Below, in pieces: positions 16,776 through 26,638 of a DNA stretch of 33,071 nucleotides (position 1 is the first letter of the stretch; each line of letters begins with the position of its first letter). The notes under the pieces are model-generated. The model was not told where the DNA came from. It searched no databases and saw nothing but the letters and a program-made list of their open reading frames with translations. Source of the DNA: a virus. Taxonomy: Duplodnaviria > Caudoviricetes. The translations under genes and the position numbers were made by a program. The DNA lies in the IMG/VR virus record IMGVR_UViG_3300048121_002246, positions 1-33,071 of that record. The stretch is one strand, 5' to 3'.

Positions 16776-17179
16776 AAATAGATATCTTGGTCGTTGAATA
16801 CTGAAGCTTGTATCTCGTCTTGAGGATAGATCTCTGCTAGTTTAATTTCGTTAGCTTTGCAGAAATCGAACTTCTGCATGTCTCTCTTTAACTGCTCTGC
16901 ATACTTGAAGCGATTCTTGTGGAAGAATTTCACAAACTTTGTGTGTTGTGCGCCTTGAACTTCTACAGCAATTTTTTTATTAGCGTTATAGAAATCTAGA
17001 GACAATCTACTACCAACAACCCTAAACTCTTCGAAGACTATATCATTCTTCCAATAGTCGTAAAGAAATTGTTTTACAGTAGTTTGGAATTTACTACGGC
17101 TAGGCTTTTCCCAATCAATTAAATACTTCTTTGCGTTTTTAAGATTGCGCTCTTTACCATTTACATCAAAGAACTTCAT
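16772..17179 (-). CDS. DUF559/Vsr-like restriction-fold endonuclease
   Basis: 'EEF...LSLDFY...IAVEVQGAQH' and 'QLKRDMQKFDFCKANEIKL'. Confidence 0.75.
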   Translation of the reverse strand: MKFFDVNGKERNLKNAKKYLIDWEKPSRSKFQTTVKQFLYDYWKNDIVFEEFRVVGSRLSLDFYNANKKIAVEVQGAQHTKFVKFFHKNRFKYAEQLKRDMQKFDFCKANEIKLAEIYPQDEIQASVFNDQDIYL

Positions 17180-18294
17180 GCCTCAACAGCTGCAACCTGT
17201 TCTCTAAAATACTCGATTAAAAATGCACTGAGATCCTTGTCTTCCTCTATATGCTTGAACAGTTTAGCCTCACCTTGGATTTTTTCTGGAAAAGTAAAAC
17301 CTTTAGAAGTTAGAAGCTCCATAAAATCATCTGTAGCTTTCAACCAAGCGCCAGCTTTAGTGATAAACTCCCATCCATAGAGCATATCTATAATTTCTTT
17401 CTCTACCCAAATCGATGTGCCTCCTGTACGACCATACCTAATTGGGTAAGGTATTGTCGTATTGGTCTTTTCGTTGGCAGATTTTTTGATGGTTACTTTA
17501 GCAAAATGACCAATGATGGGGTTTTTCTTAACATCTGGAGTCTTGATAGAAGGGTTCTGCAAAATGAGATCCCCTTTGAATCTAGGCTCAAACTCTAGGA
17601 TGTTGTTAGCAAAGTGTAGTAGCGCATTACCACCTGTAGCAGTAGTTTGTCGAATTGGGCTTTTCGAGTATGGGTCGATTTTGATATCCGCTCTAACCTG
17701 ACTAATAAAGATGGCCATGTGACCACGCTTACCTAAAGCTACACTAGTCTTTTTACAAAAATCTGATGCGATTAATGCACCCCCTGCAACTTTACTAGCG
17801 TCCTCAAAACTCTTACTGTTATCGTCTCTCCTGATCAAACCATCAATGGAATCGACGATGAAACAATAGAGATTCTTATCCTCATTATTTGTGATAAGCT
17901 CCTTAATTAGACTCATCGCTGATTCATAAATATTACTCTCATACACGAAGCAAGTCCCCTCTTTCCATTCGTCCTGATCAACGAATTTAACTCCACTCCT
18001 CTTTTTCATCTCTGGACTCAACCTTCCTTCAGCTTTAATGTAAACACCTCTAGCTTTAGGTATTGTCTTCAAGAAATTTTTCATAAGCTCCAGAGACTCT
18101 GATGTCTTACCTCCCTCGTTGATTCCTGTGAAGCGATGTAATCCAGGACCGAAGCCTCCTCCCAGATGCATGTCAAATTGCAGGGAGCCGCTAGATACTT
18201 TATAATCTATAGTCTCTTCAAAGTTGTAATGATCACTCTTGTTCGCCTTAAGAAAGTTGTTAAGGATTCCTGCTGGGTTTATGCTATCACTCAT
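17176..18294 (-). CDS. recA: RecA/UvsX-like recombinase
   Basis: 'SSGSLQFDMHLGGG', Walker A GINEGGKT, Walker B 'FIVDSIDGL', 'IFISQVR', 'TGGNALLHFA'. Confidence 0.9.
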   Translation of the reverse strand: MSDSINPAGILNNFLKANKSDHYNFEETIDYKVSSGSLQFDMHLGGGFGPGLHRFTGINEGGKTSESLELMKNFLKTIPKARGVYIKAEGRLSPEMKKRSGVKFVDQDEWKEGTCFVYESNIYESAMSLIKELITNNEDKNLYCFIVDSIDGLIRRDDNSKSFEDASKVAGGALIASDFCKKTSVALGKRGHMAIFISQVRADIKIDPYSKSPIRQTTATGGNALLHFANNILEFEPRFKGDLILQNPSIKTPDVKKNPIIGHFAKVTIKKSANEKTNTTIPYPIRYGRTGGTSIWVEKEIIDMLYGWEFITKAGAWLKATDDFMELLTSKGFTFPEKIQGEAKLFKHIEEDKDLSAFLIEYFREQVAAVEA

Positions 18295-18634
18295 TTAAAA
18301 AATCTTTTATGGTTCGCTTGATGCGGGACACATCTCCATCTGGTCCCACTTTATCACCTATATCATAGGTCTTATACTTCGATAAGTCAACTTTAAAATT
18401 AAAAGCCCTAAACTTTTCGTCTAGAGTCTCTTTTAGTTTATCGCTGACTAAGTAAGCTAGAGAATCAAACTTCTTGCCGAAAGAGACAATGGACATAAAT
18501 TCCTGAGAGTAACGACTACATAAGTCGTTAAGCATTTTCATCTCCCTAGCAAAAAAGACCCTCCTCCCCTTATCAGGGACTTCTATTAATCGGAAGATTA
18601 TCTCCCTTTTGTTAAGAGGCTTCGGCTTACTCAC
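18287..18634 (-). CDS. Hypothetical protein
   Basis: 115 aa, GTG start directly after a promoter, overlaps the recA start. Confidence 0.7.
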   Translation of the reverse strand: MSKPKPLNKREIIFRLIEVPDKGRRVFFAREMKMLNDLCSRYSQEFMSIVSFGKKFDSLAYLVSDKLKETLDEKFRAFNFKVDLSKYKTYDIGDKVGPDGDVSRIKRTIKDFLNE

Positions 18635-18639
18635 GCCGA

Positions 18640-18668
18640 AGTCTAGCTATTCGCTAAATCATGGTCAA
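18640..18668 (-). promoter_or_regulatory. Sigma70-type promoter, leaderless, heading the recA-dnaB-dnaG operon
   Basis: TTGACC-17 nt-TAGACT-5 nt-GTG(18634). Confidence 0.6.
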
Positions 18669-19671
18669 CCATTTTTTTAATCAAATCTAAAAAACTACTC
18701 TTAGGCTCCCATCCTAGATCTCTCCTAGCGTCTGAAGAGTCTCCCCATAAAACTTCTACTTCTGCGGGTCTATAGAAATCTGGATTGATACGCAATAAAA
18801 CTTTGCCCTCATGAACATATTCCTCTTCAACCCCTTTACCAATCCACTCACATTTATCTATGGCAAAACCAGCGAAGTTGAAAGCTTCTGCGACAAATTC
18901 TCTAATAGTATGGGTTTCATTGGAAGAAAGGACGTACTCTCTAGGCTCTTCTTGATTAAGCATCAACCAAACACCATCAACAAAATCTTCCGCATCGCTC
19001 CAATCTCTTTTAGAGTCTACATTACCCAATTCAAGAGGCTTAAAGTTATCCAGATGATATTCATTCTTAATTCTGGCTACGTTTTTGGTTATTTTACGAG
19101 TCACAAACTCTTCTCCACGGCGAGTCCCTTCGTGATTGAATAGCCAACCTTGGATAGCGTAAAGATCATAAGAGTCCCTCCAAACTTTTACCATATGTCT
19201 CGCACTAGCCTTAGAAACGCCATAAGGACTTCTTGGGCGTATAGGGTGAAGTTCTGATTGAGGAGAGTATAAAACATCCCCAAACTCCTCTGAGGAGCCA
19301 GCGTTGTAATATCTACAATTAGGAGAATGTTTCCTGATTGCCTCTAGCTGATATAGAACAGCCATAGCATTAGTCTCCATATGATTAACTGGCATCTTCC
19401 AGCTGACCCCAACGAAAGAATTGGCGGCAAAATTAATAAAATAATCAGGTTTCTCCTCTGAGATCACAAGCTCTGTATTCGCTTGATCAGCAACGTCTAA
19501 ATCAATTAATTGGAATCTAGGATTATTGAGAAGATGCTGAATATTATCATGATTTTTGACACTCAACCTTCGAACCCCAGCTACAATAGTATGGTCAGTA
19601 TTCTTCAAAAGATAGTCAGCCATAAAACTGCCATCTTGACCTGTGACACCTGTAATAATTATTTTTTTCAT
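18643..19671 (-). CDS. gmd: GDP-mannose 4,6-dehydratase
   Basis: 'ITGVTGQDGSF', 'AANSFV', 'SSEEFG', 'PRSPYGVSK', 'FNHEG.RRGEEFVTRKI', 'RDW', 'YRPAEV'. Likely start is MKKIIITG at 19671. Confidence 0.95.
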   Translation of the reverse strand: MKKIIITGVTGQDGSFMADYLLKNTDHTIVAGVRRLSVKNHDNIQHLLNNPRFQLIDLDVADQANTELVISEEKPDYFINFAANSFVGVSWKMPVNHMETNAMAVLYQLEAIRKHSPNCRYYNAGSSEEFGDVLYSPQSELHPIRPRSPYGVSKASARHMVKVWRDSYDLYAIQGWLFNHEGTRRGEEFVTRKITKNVARIKNEYHLDNFKPLELGNVDSKRDWSDAEDFVDGVWLMLNQEEPREYVLSSNETHTIREFVAEAFNFAGFAIDKCEWIGKGVEEEYVHEGKVLLRINPDFYRPAEVEVLWGDSSDARRDLGWEPKSSFLDLIKKMVDHDLANS

Positions 19672-19672
19672 T

Positions 19673-20644
19673 TTATATTTTAGACAGAAAAACTTCATCA
19701 AATTTTTTCATGACTTTTTCAGGAGTCAAATCAGAGTAAGCATTCCAATCTTCGTTAGGTTTTTTTTCAAAACTTTTCATAATTTCCAAAACAGTTTCTC
19801 CATCTTTATAATAGAGACCCTTTTTACCAAGGGTGCTAATATGATTTCTTTCTGGAGAATTTTCAAAGGTTATGACAGGTTTGTTGCAAAAAGAATATTC
19901 CGCACATGCCATCCCAAAAGACTCCCCTATTGTCCTCGCGTGAATCATAGCATCTGAGGTATTTATAAATTTCCTTTTTGTTTCTAGGTCAGCGAAAGCT
20001 TCAACGTGAATAACTCTTTCATGATCAATAAACGGGTGTGTCTGAGCAAAGACGAAATAGACATCTTCTCTTAAGCTAAGAAGTTTGATGATCGCATCAT
20101 TCACAAAAGGGATATCCCAACCATAAAACCCGCCCAAACGAGAAAAAACAGTAGCAGACTTAGGTATTTTTAAGTCATCTCTATAATCTTCTGAGTACTC
20201 AGGAAGATGAACAATATAAGGAACAAATGGATGCTCACCATTAGAGCAGTGGTTGGAAAGCCATTCAGAAACATAAGCATACACACTTCCATGAGGTTCG
20301 TTTTCGCATCCTACAACATGCGTAAGCATAGGGGTATTTTTTACTAAGCGCCCATCATGTTTTTTCCCACATTTTTGAATATAAATTGCGTCAGCTTGAA
20401 TTCTCTCAAGAACATCTTCTAAAGCCACCATATCTTCACTCCCATCTAATTCAATCACTTCCATAGAGTTTTTGAATTTTTCCATAGCTAAGGGGTGAGT
20501 ACCTGCATGTTGTTTATCACAAATCATATATGATTTATTGCCGAGAATAGTCTGATTAAAATATGCATAATCATAATTGCTTACACCAGTCCCTTGAATG
20601 TCAAGGTGGGGAAGATAAAAAGCTATTGTTTTACTATTGTTCAT
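19673..20644 (-). CDS. GT-B (GT4-like) glycosyltransferase
   Basis: 'QGTGVSNYDYA', 'FSRLGG', 'DAMIHARTIGESFGMACAEY' (E-X7-E). Likely start is MNNSK at 20644. Confidence 0.8.
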   Translation of the reverse strand: MNNSKTIAFYLPHLDIQGTGVSNYDYAYFNQTILGNKSYMICDKQHAGTHPLAMEKFKNSMEVIELDGSEDMVALEDVLERIQADAIYIQKCGKKHDGRLVKNTPMLTHVVGCENEPHGSVYAYVSEWLSNHCSNGEHPFVPYIVHLPEYSEDYRDDLKIPKSATVFSRLGGFYGWDIPFVNDAIIKLLSLREDVYFVFAQTHPFIDHERVIHVEAFADLETKRKFINTSDAMIHARTIGESFGMACAEYSFCNKPVITFENSPERNHISTLGKKGLYYKDGETVLEIMKSFEKKPNEDWNAYSDLTPEKVMKKFDEVFLSKI

Positions 20645-20661
20645 GACTAGATAATATATGG

Positions 20662-21348
20662 TTACCTTAATGTTGATTTGTAAAGACCAATCTCTGAACC
20701 TTGAACTACTAATGGAGGTTCCCACCAATATACGTTGGCATTATGTAATTTAAATTGATAACTTAATTCCCAATCAGCAGCAGTAACAAACTTATCCATT
20801 GTGCCAGATATCTTTTCAGCTAAATCCCTTTTTAATAAATAAGAATCTCCACCTTTTGAGGCTGGATGATCTACTTTGTAAGTAAAAACATCTTCTTTAA
20901 CGAATTGAGGATTTACTCTTAGTCCAGCACAACTCCCTATAAATATAGCATCCCAATCGTCGGGAGTTAAATCTAAAAACTTATTAAATTTTTCAATAAA
21001 ATCCTCTACAAAAACAACGTCATCCTCAAAAACAACACCATAATTATCACATTCTTTAGATATTTTTTCGATAGCTAATTTATGTTTAAAAACGCAAGAA
21101 ATTTCCCCCTTGTTTAATATACGATGAGGTGTTGACCTATTACCATAAGTTGGGTGGATTTTAGAATTGTAAGATTCTTCAGATGAGTCATAATGCTTAT
21201 CAATTAATTCATCAGTTAAATCCTCTTGATCATATTCAGTAATATACTCGATATCTATACCAAGATTCTTAAATTGTTCATCTGTATGTTTTTTTCGATC
21301 TTCTAGTTTAGTATAGTGGACCAAATATGTTTTTTCAGCGTTTATCAT
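20662..21348 (-). CDS. GT25-family glycosyltransferase
   Basis: 'GEISCVFKH', 'VVFEDDV', 'DWDAIFIG', 'SYLL', 'PPLVVQ'. Confidence 0.85.
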   Translation of the reverse strand: MINAEKTYLVHYTKLEDRKKHTDEQFKNLGIDIEYITEYDQEDLTDELIDKHYDSSEESYNSKIHPTYGNRSTPHRILNKGEISCVFKHKLAIEKISKECDNYGVVFEDDVVFVEDFIEKFNKFLDLTPDDWDAIFIGSCAGLRVNPQFVKEDVFTYKVDHPASKGGDSYLLKRDLAEKISGTMDKFVTAADWELSYQFKLHNANVYWWEPPLVVQGSEIGLYKSTLR

Positions 21349-22268
21349 TTTAGTATAGTATCGGTTATAAATTGCAAAATAGATTTTGGCAAGAACTCTT
21401 TCTTTATCAAGTTATCTTTAAATAGAGGCTCTCTAAGATATGAGTTATACAAATCATCATCTTGGTCCACTTCTTTGATATGTTGAAAAAGAGATTCTAA
21501 GGATTCATAATTGTTTAGATTAATAAAACACTTCTCGTTAAAATCGTTGGACGCTTCGTCATCACAATAGTATATAGGTATATTCCCAGCTGTTTTAGCA
21601 TGGAAGAGTTTTTCTGTGTAATACCCAGAATATAAACGATTTTCATAACAAACAGAAAATTTATAATTTTTAAGGTTATTATATTTTTTTATTTCTCCAT
21701 TACTCCAATTACCAAAAGGATGACCAAATCCGTCTACTCTTTTGTAAGTAGAAAATAAATTATACGTTTCCACTCTTTCCTTTGTAGGATTATTAAAAAT
21801 CATTGCACAAAATTTATTTTTTTCTGAAGAAATAAATTCATTTTGCCCTATTAATTCAGGTCTTAGTATGAATTCAGGATTTCCATAACCGCCTTTATCA
21901 AACCAGTCAATTTGTAGAACCCAGAGAGGTAATCTGTAATGACGGGGATCGTCAGAAAAATCAAAAGTAAAAGCAAAGTCACACTTTCCTATATTGTAGT
22001 GAGCTTGATGATTAGTTATTCTTATAGGCTCATCCGAATCAAAATTTGGGGAGACACTTTCCCCCGTAAAAAAAACCTTTTTACATCTGTGATTTTTATA
22101 TTTATTTCTCTCTCCTATATTACTATAATCCACAGAAAAAAATAATAGGTCAGGATCTTCTTCATCTATAATGATATTATACTTTGTGCAGAGTAGGTGG
22201 TAGAAATAATTATTTCTTTTATCATACCCAGGCCAATAATCTACAAAGTTTATTTTTAGATCATCCAT
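21345..22268 (-). CDS. GT10 alpha-1,3/4-fucosyltransferase-like
   Basis: 'VFFTGES', 'HYRLPLW', 'KFCAMIFNN', 'YKFSVCYEN...GYYTEKL', 'IPIY'. Confidence 0.88.
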   Translation of the reverse strand: MDDLKINFVDYWPGYDKRNNYFYHLLCTKYNIIIDEEDPDLLFFSVDYSNIGERNKYKNHRCKKVFFTGESVSPNFDSDEPIRITNHQAHYNIGKCDFAFTFDFSDDPRHYRLPLWVLQIDWFDKGGYGNPEFILRPELIGQNEFISSEKNKFCAMIFNNPTKERVETYNLFSTYKRVDGFGHPFGNWSNGEIKKYNNLKNYKFSVCYENRLYSGYYTEKLFHAKTAGNIPIYYCDDEASNDFNEKCFINLNNYESLESLFQHIKEVDQDDDLYNSYLREPLFKDNLIKKEFLPKSILQFITDTILK

Positions 22269-22269
22269 A

Positions 22270-23115
22270 TTATTTAAATAAATTAAAGTTTAGAGTCTCA
22301 ATATCGAAATCGTCCCAAATATTTTTATAAAGATCAGCAGTAAGATCTAACTCTTTTAATTCAGACCAATCATCTATAATGATCATCGGTATCCCCATCT
22401 CTTGAAACTTCTCTACCCCATGCCATCTAGTAACTATAGGGATACTTTTCATATAAATAGACTCCCAAGTTTTGTGACAATCCAAGCCATTGCCTACAGG
22501 GGAAACTGTAAAATACGATTTTGCAATATCTCTTAAATAATCTTTTTGAGTAGAGCCAACAAAATCATCATGATCTTGTATCGAAGCAGCATTTGGGTAA
22601 TTGCTTTTATTCTGCAAAGGATATTGATCGGATATTTTATTTAAACAATCATATCTCGCTGAAGGGTTAGTAGATACATTAAAGTTAACGTAAACTTTAT
22701 TAGTTTTTTCTTGACTCTCACCCATAATCTCAAGAAATCTTGATTGATTACCATGCGACCATTTAGGGTTAGCTATACCAATAGGAATAGGCTTTACTTT
22801 AGGATGTTCAAATACTAAGTTTTGTGTATACCAATTATTGATATTAGGGAATAAATCCAATACATAGTCTATTTGTTGAGCGTCAAAATTAATATCTGAA
22901 TTATGAGTGACTAAATCAAACTCATCAGGAAGTCTTACAGAACCTATTTTTACGTAAGTACTTAATAGACTTAAGTACTCAGGTTTACAAAATACTAGAT
23001 TGTTATCTAAAGATTCATCTTTAAAATTTACAAAAACTGAATCTCTAGCGTTTTTGTAGTCTGTCAACTGTAAACCGCATTGGTGCTTAAAATATGTCCC
23101 ACATAGAAAATTCAT
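22270..23115 (-). CDS. Exostosin (GT47)-like glycosyltransferase
   Basis: 'LVTHNSD', 'WYTQN', 'PIPIG', 'FTVSPVGNGLDCHKTWESIYMKSIPIV'. Confidence 0.75.
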   Translation of the reverse strand: MNFLCGTYFKHQCGLQLTDYKNARDSVFVNFKDESLDNNLVFCKPEYLSLLSTYVKIGSVRLPDEFDLVTHNSDINFDAQQIDYVLDLFPNINNWYTQNLVFEHPKVKPIPIGIANPKWSHGNQSRFLEIMGESQEKTNKVYVNFNVSTNPSARYDCLNKISDQYPLQNKSNYPNAASIQDHDDFVGSTQKDYLRDIAKSYFTVSPVGNGLDCHKTWESIYMKSIPIVTRWHGVEKFQEMGIPMIIIDDWSELKELDLTADLYKNIWDDFDIETLNFNLFK

Positions 23116-23957
23116 TTTATTTTCTCCCAGAATTTTGAAGCTGCATTTTCACAACCCTCTTTGAATTTGCCGTAACCGACTTTGTTAAATTCTTTATAAG
23201 CCCCTATTTTCGATGTGTCACCTATAATCTCATCAACACCGCATAATAAAGCTTCGCCGACCATTCGACAAAAAGGCTCTTTTACTATAGGGGAATGAAA
23301 TAAAGCCTTAGATTTTTTGAAGACTGCCGCTACTTCATCGTGAGATAGCAGACCGTGATATTTAATGTTTTTAATGTCTTTAAAAAAATGATCAGAAGAA
23401 GATTCGCCCCATCCGAATACATCTACTTGTCTGTCAGGATTTATTTTAGCAAATTCCAGTAATTTATTAAATCCTTTTAGCGGGTGCAGATAACCACAAT
23501 AAACTACATCATACTCTTTCGAGTCTTCAGATTTAGTAAACAATGAAGTATCAATAGGGTCATAATTGATCTCTACATCATGAAAATAGTCCCCATACAT
23601 TTCTTGAAAAAACTCTAAATGATAATCGCTTAGAAAGAAATTTTTCTCAGCTTTACTAAACAAGTGTTCTCTAAGACTATCAGTTAGATAACTACAGGAG
23701 TCATGCTCAAGCCTGACTGAGTTAGGCATCCTTAATATCAAGGGAATTTTTTCTGGAGTAATCCTGCTTATTACCTCCAGATTAGAGTTGACGACTAAAT
23801 CATAAGAAGAAAGAAAATCTGTAGCTGATGATCTATAGCTATGCTCCTTAATCTCATAGCCAAGCTCTCGACCTTTATCTATTATAATTTTATTACTTAC
23901 TTGTGCGCCACCAGAATTATCTTCCAGCGTAAAGTCAGAAATGAATAATACCCTCAT
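23112..23957 (-). CDS. GT4-family glycosyltransferase
   Basis: 'SGGAQ', 'YCGYLHPLKG', 'KEPFCRMVGEALLCG' (E-X7-E). Confidence 0.85.
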   Translation of the reverse strand: MRVLFISDFTLEDNSGGAQVSNKIIIDKGRELGYEIKEHSYRSSATDFLSSYDLVVNSNLEVISRITPEKIPLILRMPNSVRLEHDSCSYLTDSLREHLFSKAEKNFFLSDYHLEFFQEMYGDYFHDVEINYDPIDTSLFTKSEDSKEYDVVYCGYLHPLKGFNKLLEFAKINPDRQVDVFGWGESSSDHFFKDIKNIKYHGLLSHDEVAAVFKKSKALFHSPIVKEPFCRMVGEALLCGVDEIIGDTSKIGAYKEFNKVGYGKFKEGCENAASKFWEKIK

Positions 23958-23963
23958 CTAGTG

Positions 23964-23996
23964 AGGTTATTATAACCTATAATTCCTCTTCTTCAA
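23964..23996 (-). promoter_or_regulatory. Putative sigma70-type promoter for the glycosylation cluster, with the -10 inside a palindrome
   Basis: TTGAAG-16 nt-TATAAT-11 nt-ATG(23957). Inverted repeat AGGTTAT-T-ATAACCT at 23964-23978. Confidence 0.5.
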
Positions 23997-24954
23997 CCAC
24001 TAACTTAATCTCAGTAAGAAACGGGTAAGCGTTTAGTAAATCTTGATGCTCAGCAAACCCCTCATCATCCCAAGCCCACTCACTCAAAATTTCTTCATCA
24101 TCCCATTCTATAGCTTCTTCAGAAGCCATTGAACTTACAGGTTTCTTCGACCAGAACCTACAACTCCAATAACGAGGTGTAGTTTTGTCCTTAGCTGTAT
24201 CGCATTTGTGCCTAGCTCTAAAACTACGCCTTCTGTCAGGATCGTCTCTTTTGATTTCCATATTAGGGTCACCAAATTTAACCATGATAGTATTCCCAGT
24301 TTTTGGGCTTTTCACATATACTCCAAATTTCTTTTTACCACCTTTTAGTCTAAAAGGCTTATTAAGAGTTTTTTTTTCCGCTTCTGAATAATCAATATCT
24401 TCGATATCTTGATCCATATCCAATTCAGAAACACCAGCTTTTAAGAGATCAATTTTAGCCAGACCAAATTCCAATTCGTCGAAATCGACAAAAGCATCCC
24501 CTACCTTTTCTACGTAGTAGTCTTCGCTACCTCTAGCGATATCTCCGTCTGCAGCGCGATAAGATTCTTTAACTTTCCCCCCACGAACCATCTTAAGAAA
24601 TGTATTGACGCGAGCCATAGCCCACTGGCCCCTGCTTTTTCCAGGACGGTGGCTACTTGAAAAGGCTCCTGAACCTCTACGATAGACTTTTTTTAGCTGA
24701 CTTAAGCTTACTTTTTTTGAAGATTTTTCGTTATGCTCTTTTACTTTATTCTTTAGAGAGGTTATAACCTTATCTGAAAAAGTAATAGCTGGAGCTTTTT
24801 TATCTCCACCAGCAGATCCTTTTTTATTTTTCGAAGACCCTTTCTTTCTCTCAGAAGGCTTGGCTGGTGTTTGAGCCGATCCTTTTGGACCAGAGCGTTT
24901 TGCGCTTTGGCTCTCTAAAAAATCCTTTGCTTTATCTGAAAAATCGTATTCCAT
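23977..24954 (-). CDS. Lys/Arg-rich modular viral protein of unknown function, possibly virion- or DNA-associated
   Basis: Basic modules 'LKKVYRRGSGAF...HRPG...QWAMARVNTFL' and 'KKFGVYVK...VKFGDP...RRRSFRARHKC...PRYWSCRFW' separated by acidic linkers. I recognise both module types from aquatic viruses. Confidence 0.7.
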   Translation of the reverse strand: MEYDFSDKAKDFLESQSAKRSGPKGSAQTPAKPSERKKGSSKNKKGSAGGDKKAPAITFSDKVITSLKNKVKEHNEKSSKKVSLSQLKKVYRRGSGAFSSSHRPGKSRGQWAMARVNTFLKMVRGGKVKESYRAADGDIARGSEDYYVEKVGDAFVDFDELEFGLAKIDLLKAGVSELDMDQDIEDIDYSEAEKKTLNKPFRLKGGKKKFGVYVKSPKTGNTIMVKFGDPNMEIKRDDPDRRRSFRARHKCDTAKDKTTPRYWSCRFWSKKPVSSMASEEAIEWDDEEILSEWAWDDEGFAEHQDLLNAYPFLTEIKLVVEEEEL

Positions 24955-24964
24955 CTAGAAAACT

Positions 24965-24971
24965 TTTACAC
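24965..24971 (-). promoter_or_regulatory. GTGTAAA motif
   Basis: AGTGTAAAAGTTTTCTAGATG. Confidence 0.4.
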
Positions 24972-24994
24972 TCTTAAGTATCAAAAATGAACAA

Positions 24995-26638
24995 TCAACC
25001 CTCACAAGATGAGCAATTTAGTATAGATCTAGCTAATTCTTGACTAGGATTAGCACTCCTTTGATAATAGAGACCTTTGACACCATTCTCCCAAGCATAA
25101 ATCATTAACTGATTAACCTCTTTAAAAGGAGTCTCTGGTGGGACCATGATGTTAAGAGATTGCCCCTGATCAATGAATTTCTGCCTTTGGGCAGCTTGGA
25201 TAACTATTTCTTTTTGGGAGATTTCTCCGAAGGTTTTAAATACATCTTTTTCTTCTTGACTTAAAAAGGGTAATTTTTGGACTGAACCCCCAGAATTCAA
25301 AATACTAATCCAAACATCATCTGTATCTTTACCTTTCTCCGCTAGTAAGGACTTTAAGTAAGGATTTCTGTAGGGGAATTTTCCTTTGGCCAAATCTTTA
25401 GTAAAATAATTACCATTTAGAGGCTCAATAGAGGGAGAAGCTTGACCAAGGATAAATGAACTACTTGTCGTAGGAGCTATAGCTAGAGTCGTCGTGTTTC
25501 TGCGGCCATAACCTTGACAATGTAATGGCTCACCTAAGAGATTAGCTAAATCTTCTGTAGCCTTATCACTAGATTTCCTTATCCTCTTAAAGATAGAACT
25601 ATTCAGTAGTTTAGCCTCCATGCTTTCAAAACTAATCATGTTACTCTGAAGATAAGAATGCCAACCCAAAACACCCATACCAATAGCTCTATGACGTTTA
25701 GCAAAATTATGGGAAGCTTCCATAAATGGAATAGATTGAGTCTTCTGAATATATTCCTCCATAACGGCATCGAGAAACATCGTAAGGGTTTCTATAGCAT
25801 CCGTTTTTACTATCTCGTCCCACTGGACTAGATTTAGAGATGACAGACAACAAACAAAAGATTCATCTTCTTTAGACGGCAAGCTGATTTCATTGCAAAG
25901 ATTAGAAGCATAGATCTTCATCTCTTTATCTTTATAGCAATCTGGAGCTTGATTGTTAGCGTTATCTTGGAAAAAAATGTAGGGGTATCCAGTCTCATAC
26001 CTCTTCTTGATAACATTCATCCAGAGTTGCCGTTTATCTTTGTCTCCATCAATCATCCCCTGCATCCAAGAATCAGTCACAGTAACTGCAAACGACATTT
26101 CTTGAATAGCATTACCCTCACTACGAATACGCAAAAACTCTTTTACATCAGGATGTTCAATAGGCAAGTATGCTGCAAAAGACCCTCTTCTGACATTACC
26201 TTGAGAAACAACAGAAGCTACTTTATCGAAAAGCTCCATAAAATGGACAGCCCCAGAAGACTCACCACCTGAATTAATTTTAGCTCCTCTACCTCGTAAT
26301 TCTCCAAAATAAGCCGAAGTCCCAGAACCATGCTTTGTTTGCATCCCCACCTCGCTTTGTTTTGCAAGGATTCCATCCATCCTATCAGGGACATAAACCC
26401 CATTACAAGAAATTGGCAGACCTCTCTTCCGACCAAAATTAGACCATACAGGAGAAGCCAGAGAGTAAAAACCCTGCTTCATATAACCTACAAATTTATC
26501 TGAGAAACCAGATATACCTAAATAACCTTCAGCGGTATCCGCTATATCTTTTACCCTCTGTTCTGGGGACTCTCCTTTTAAGTAACCCCTCTCAAGAAAA
26601 ATTCTTGAGTCCTCATTTAGCCAATAGTAGTCAGTCAT
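24995..26638 (-). CDS. nrdA: Class I ribonucleotide reductase alpha subunit, short, no ATP cone
   Basis: 'PISCN', 'SQGNVRRG', 'SNLCNEI', 'FVCCLSS', 'AIAPT', 'DQGQS', 'LYY', and C-terminal 'CSSCEG'. Confidence 0.95.
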   Translation of the reverse strand: MTDYYWLNEDSRIFLERGYLKGESPEQRVKDIADTAEGYLGISGFSDKFVGYMKQGFYSLASPVWSNFGRKRGLPISCNGVYVPDRMDGILAKQSEVGMQTKHGSGTSAYFGELRGRGAKINSGGESSGAVHFMELFDKVASVVSQGNVRRGSFAAYLPIEHPDVKEFLRIRSEGNAIQEMSFAVTVTDSWMQGMIDGDKDKRQLWMNVIKKRYETGYPYIFFQDNANNQAPDCYKDKEMKIYASNLCNEISLPSKEDESFVCCLSSLNLVQWDEIVKTDAIETLTMFLDAVMEEYIQKTQSIPFMEASHNFAKRHRAIGMGVLGWHSYLQSNMISFESMEAKLLNSSIFKRIRKSSDKATEDLANLLGEPLHCQGYGRRNTTTLAIAPTTSSSFILGQASPSIEPLNGNYFTKDLAKGKFPYRNPYLKSLLAEKGKDTDDVWISILNSGGSVQKLPFLSQEEKDVFKTFGEISQKEIVIQAAQRQKFIDQGQSLNIMVPPETPFKEVNQLMIYAWENGVKGLYYQRSANPSQELARSILNCSSCEG

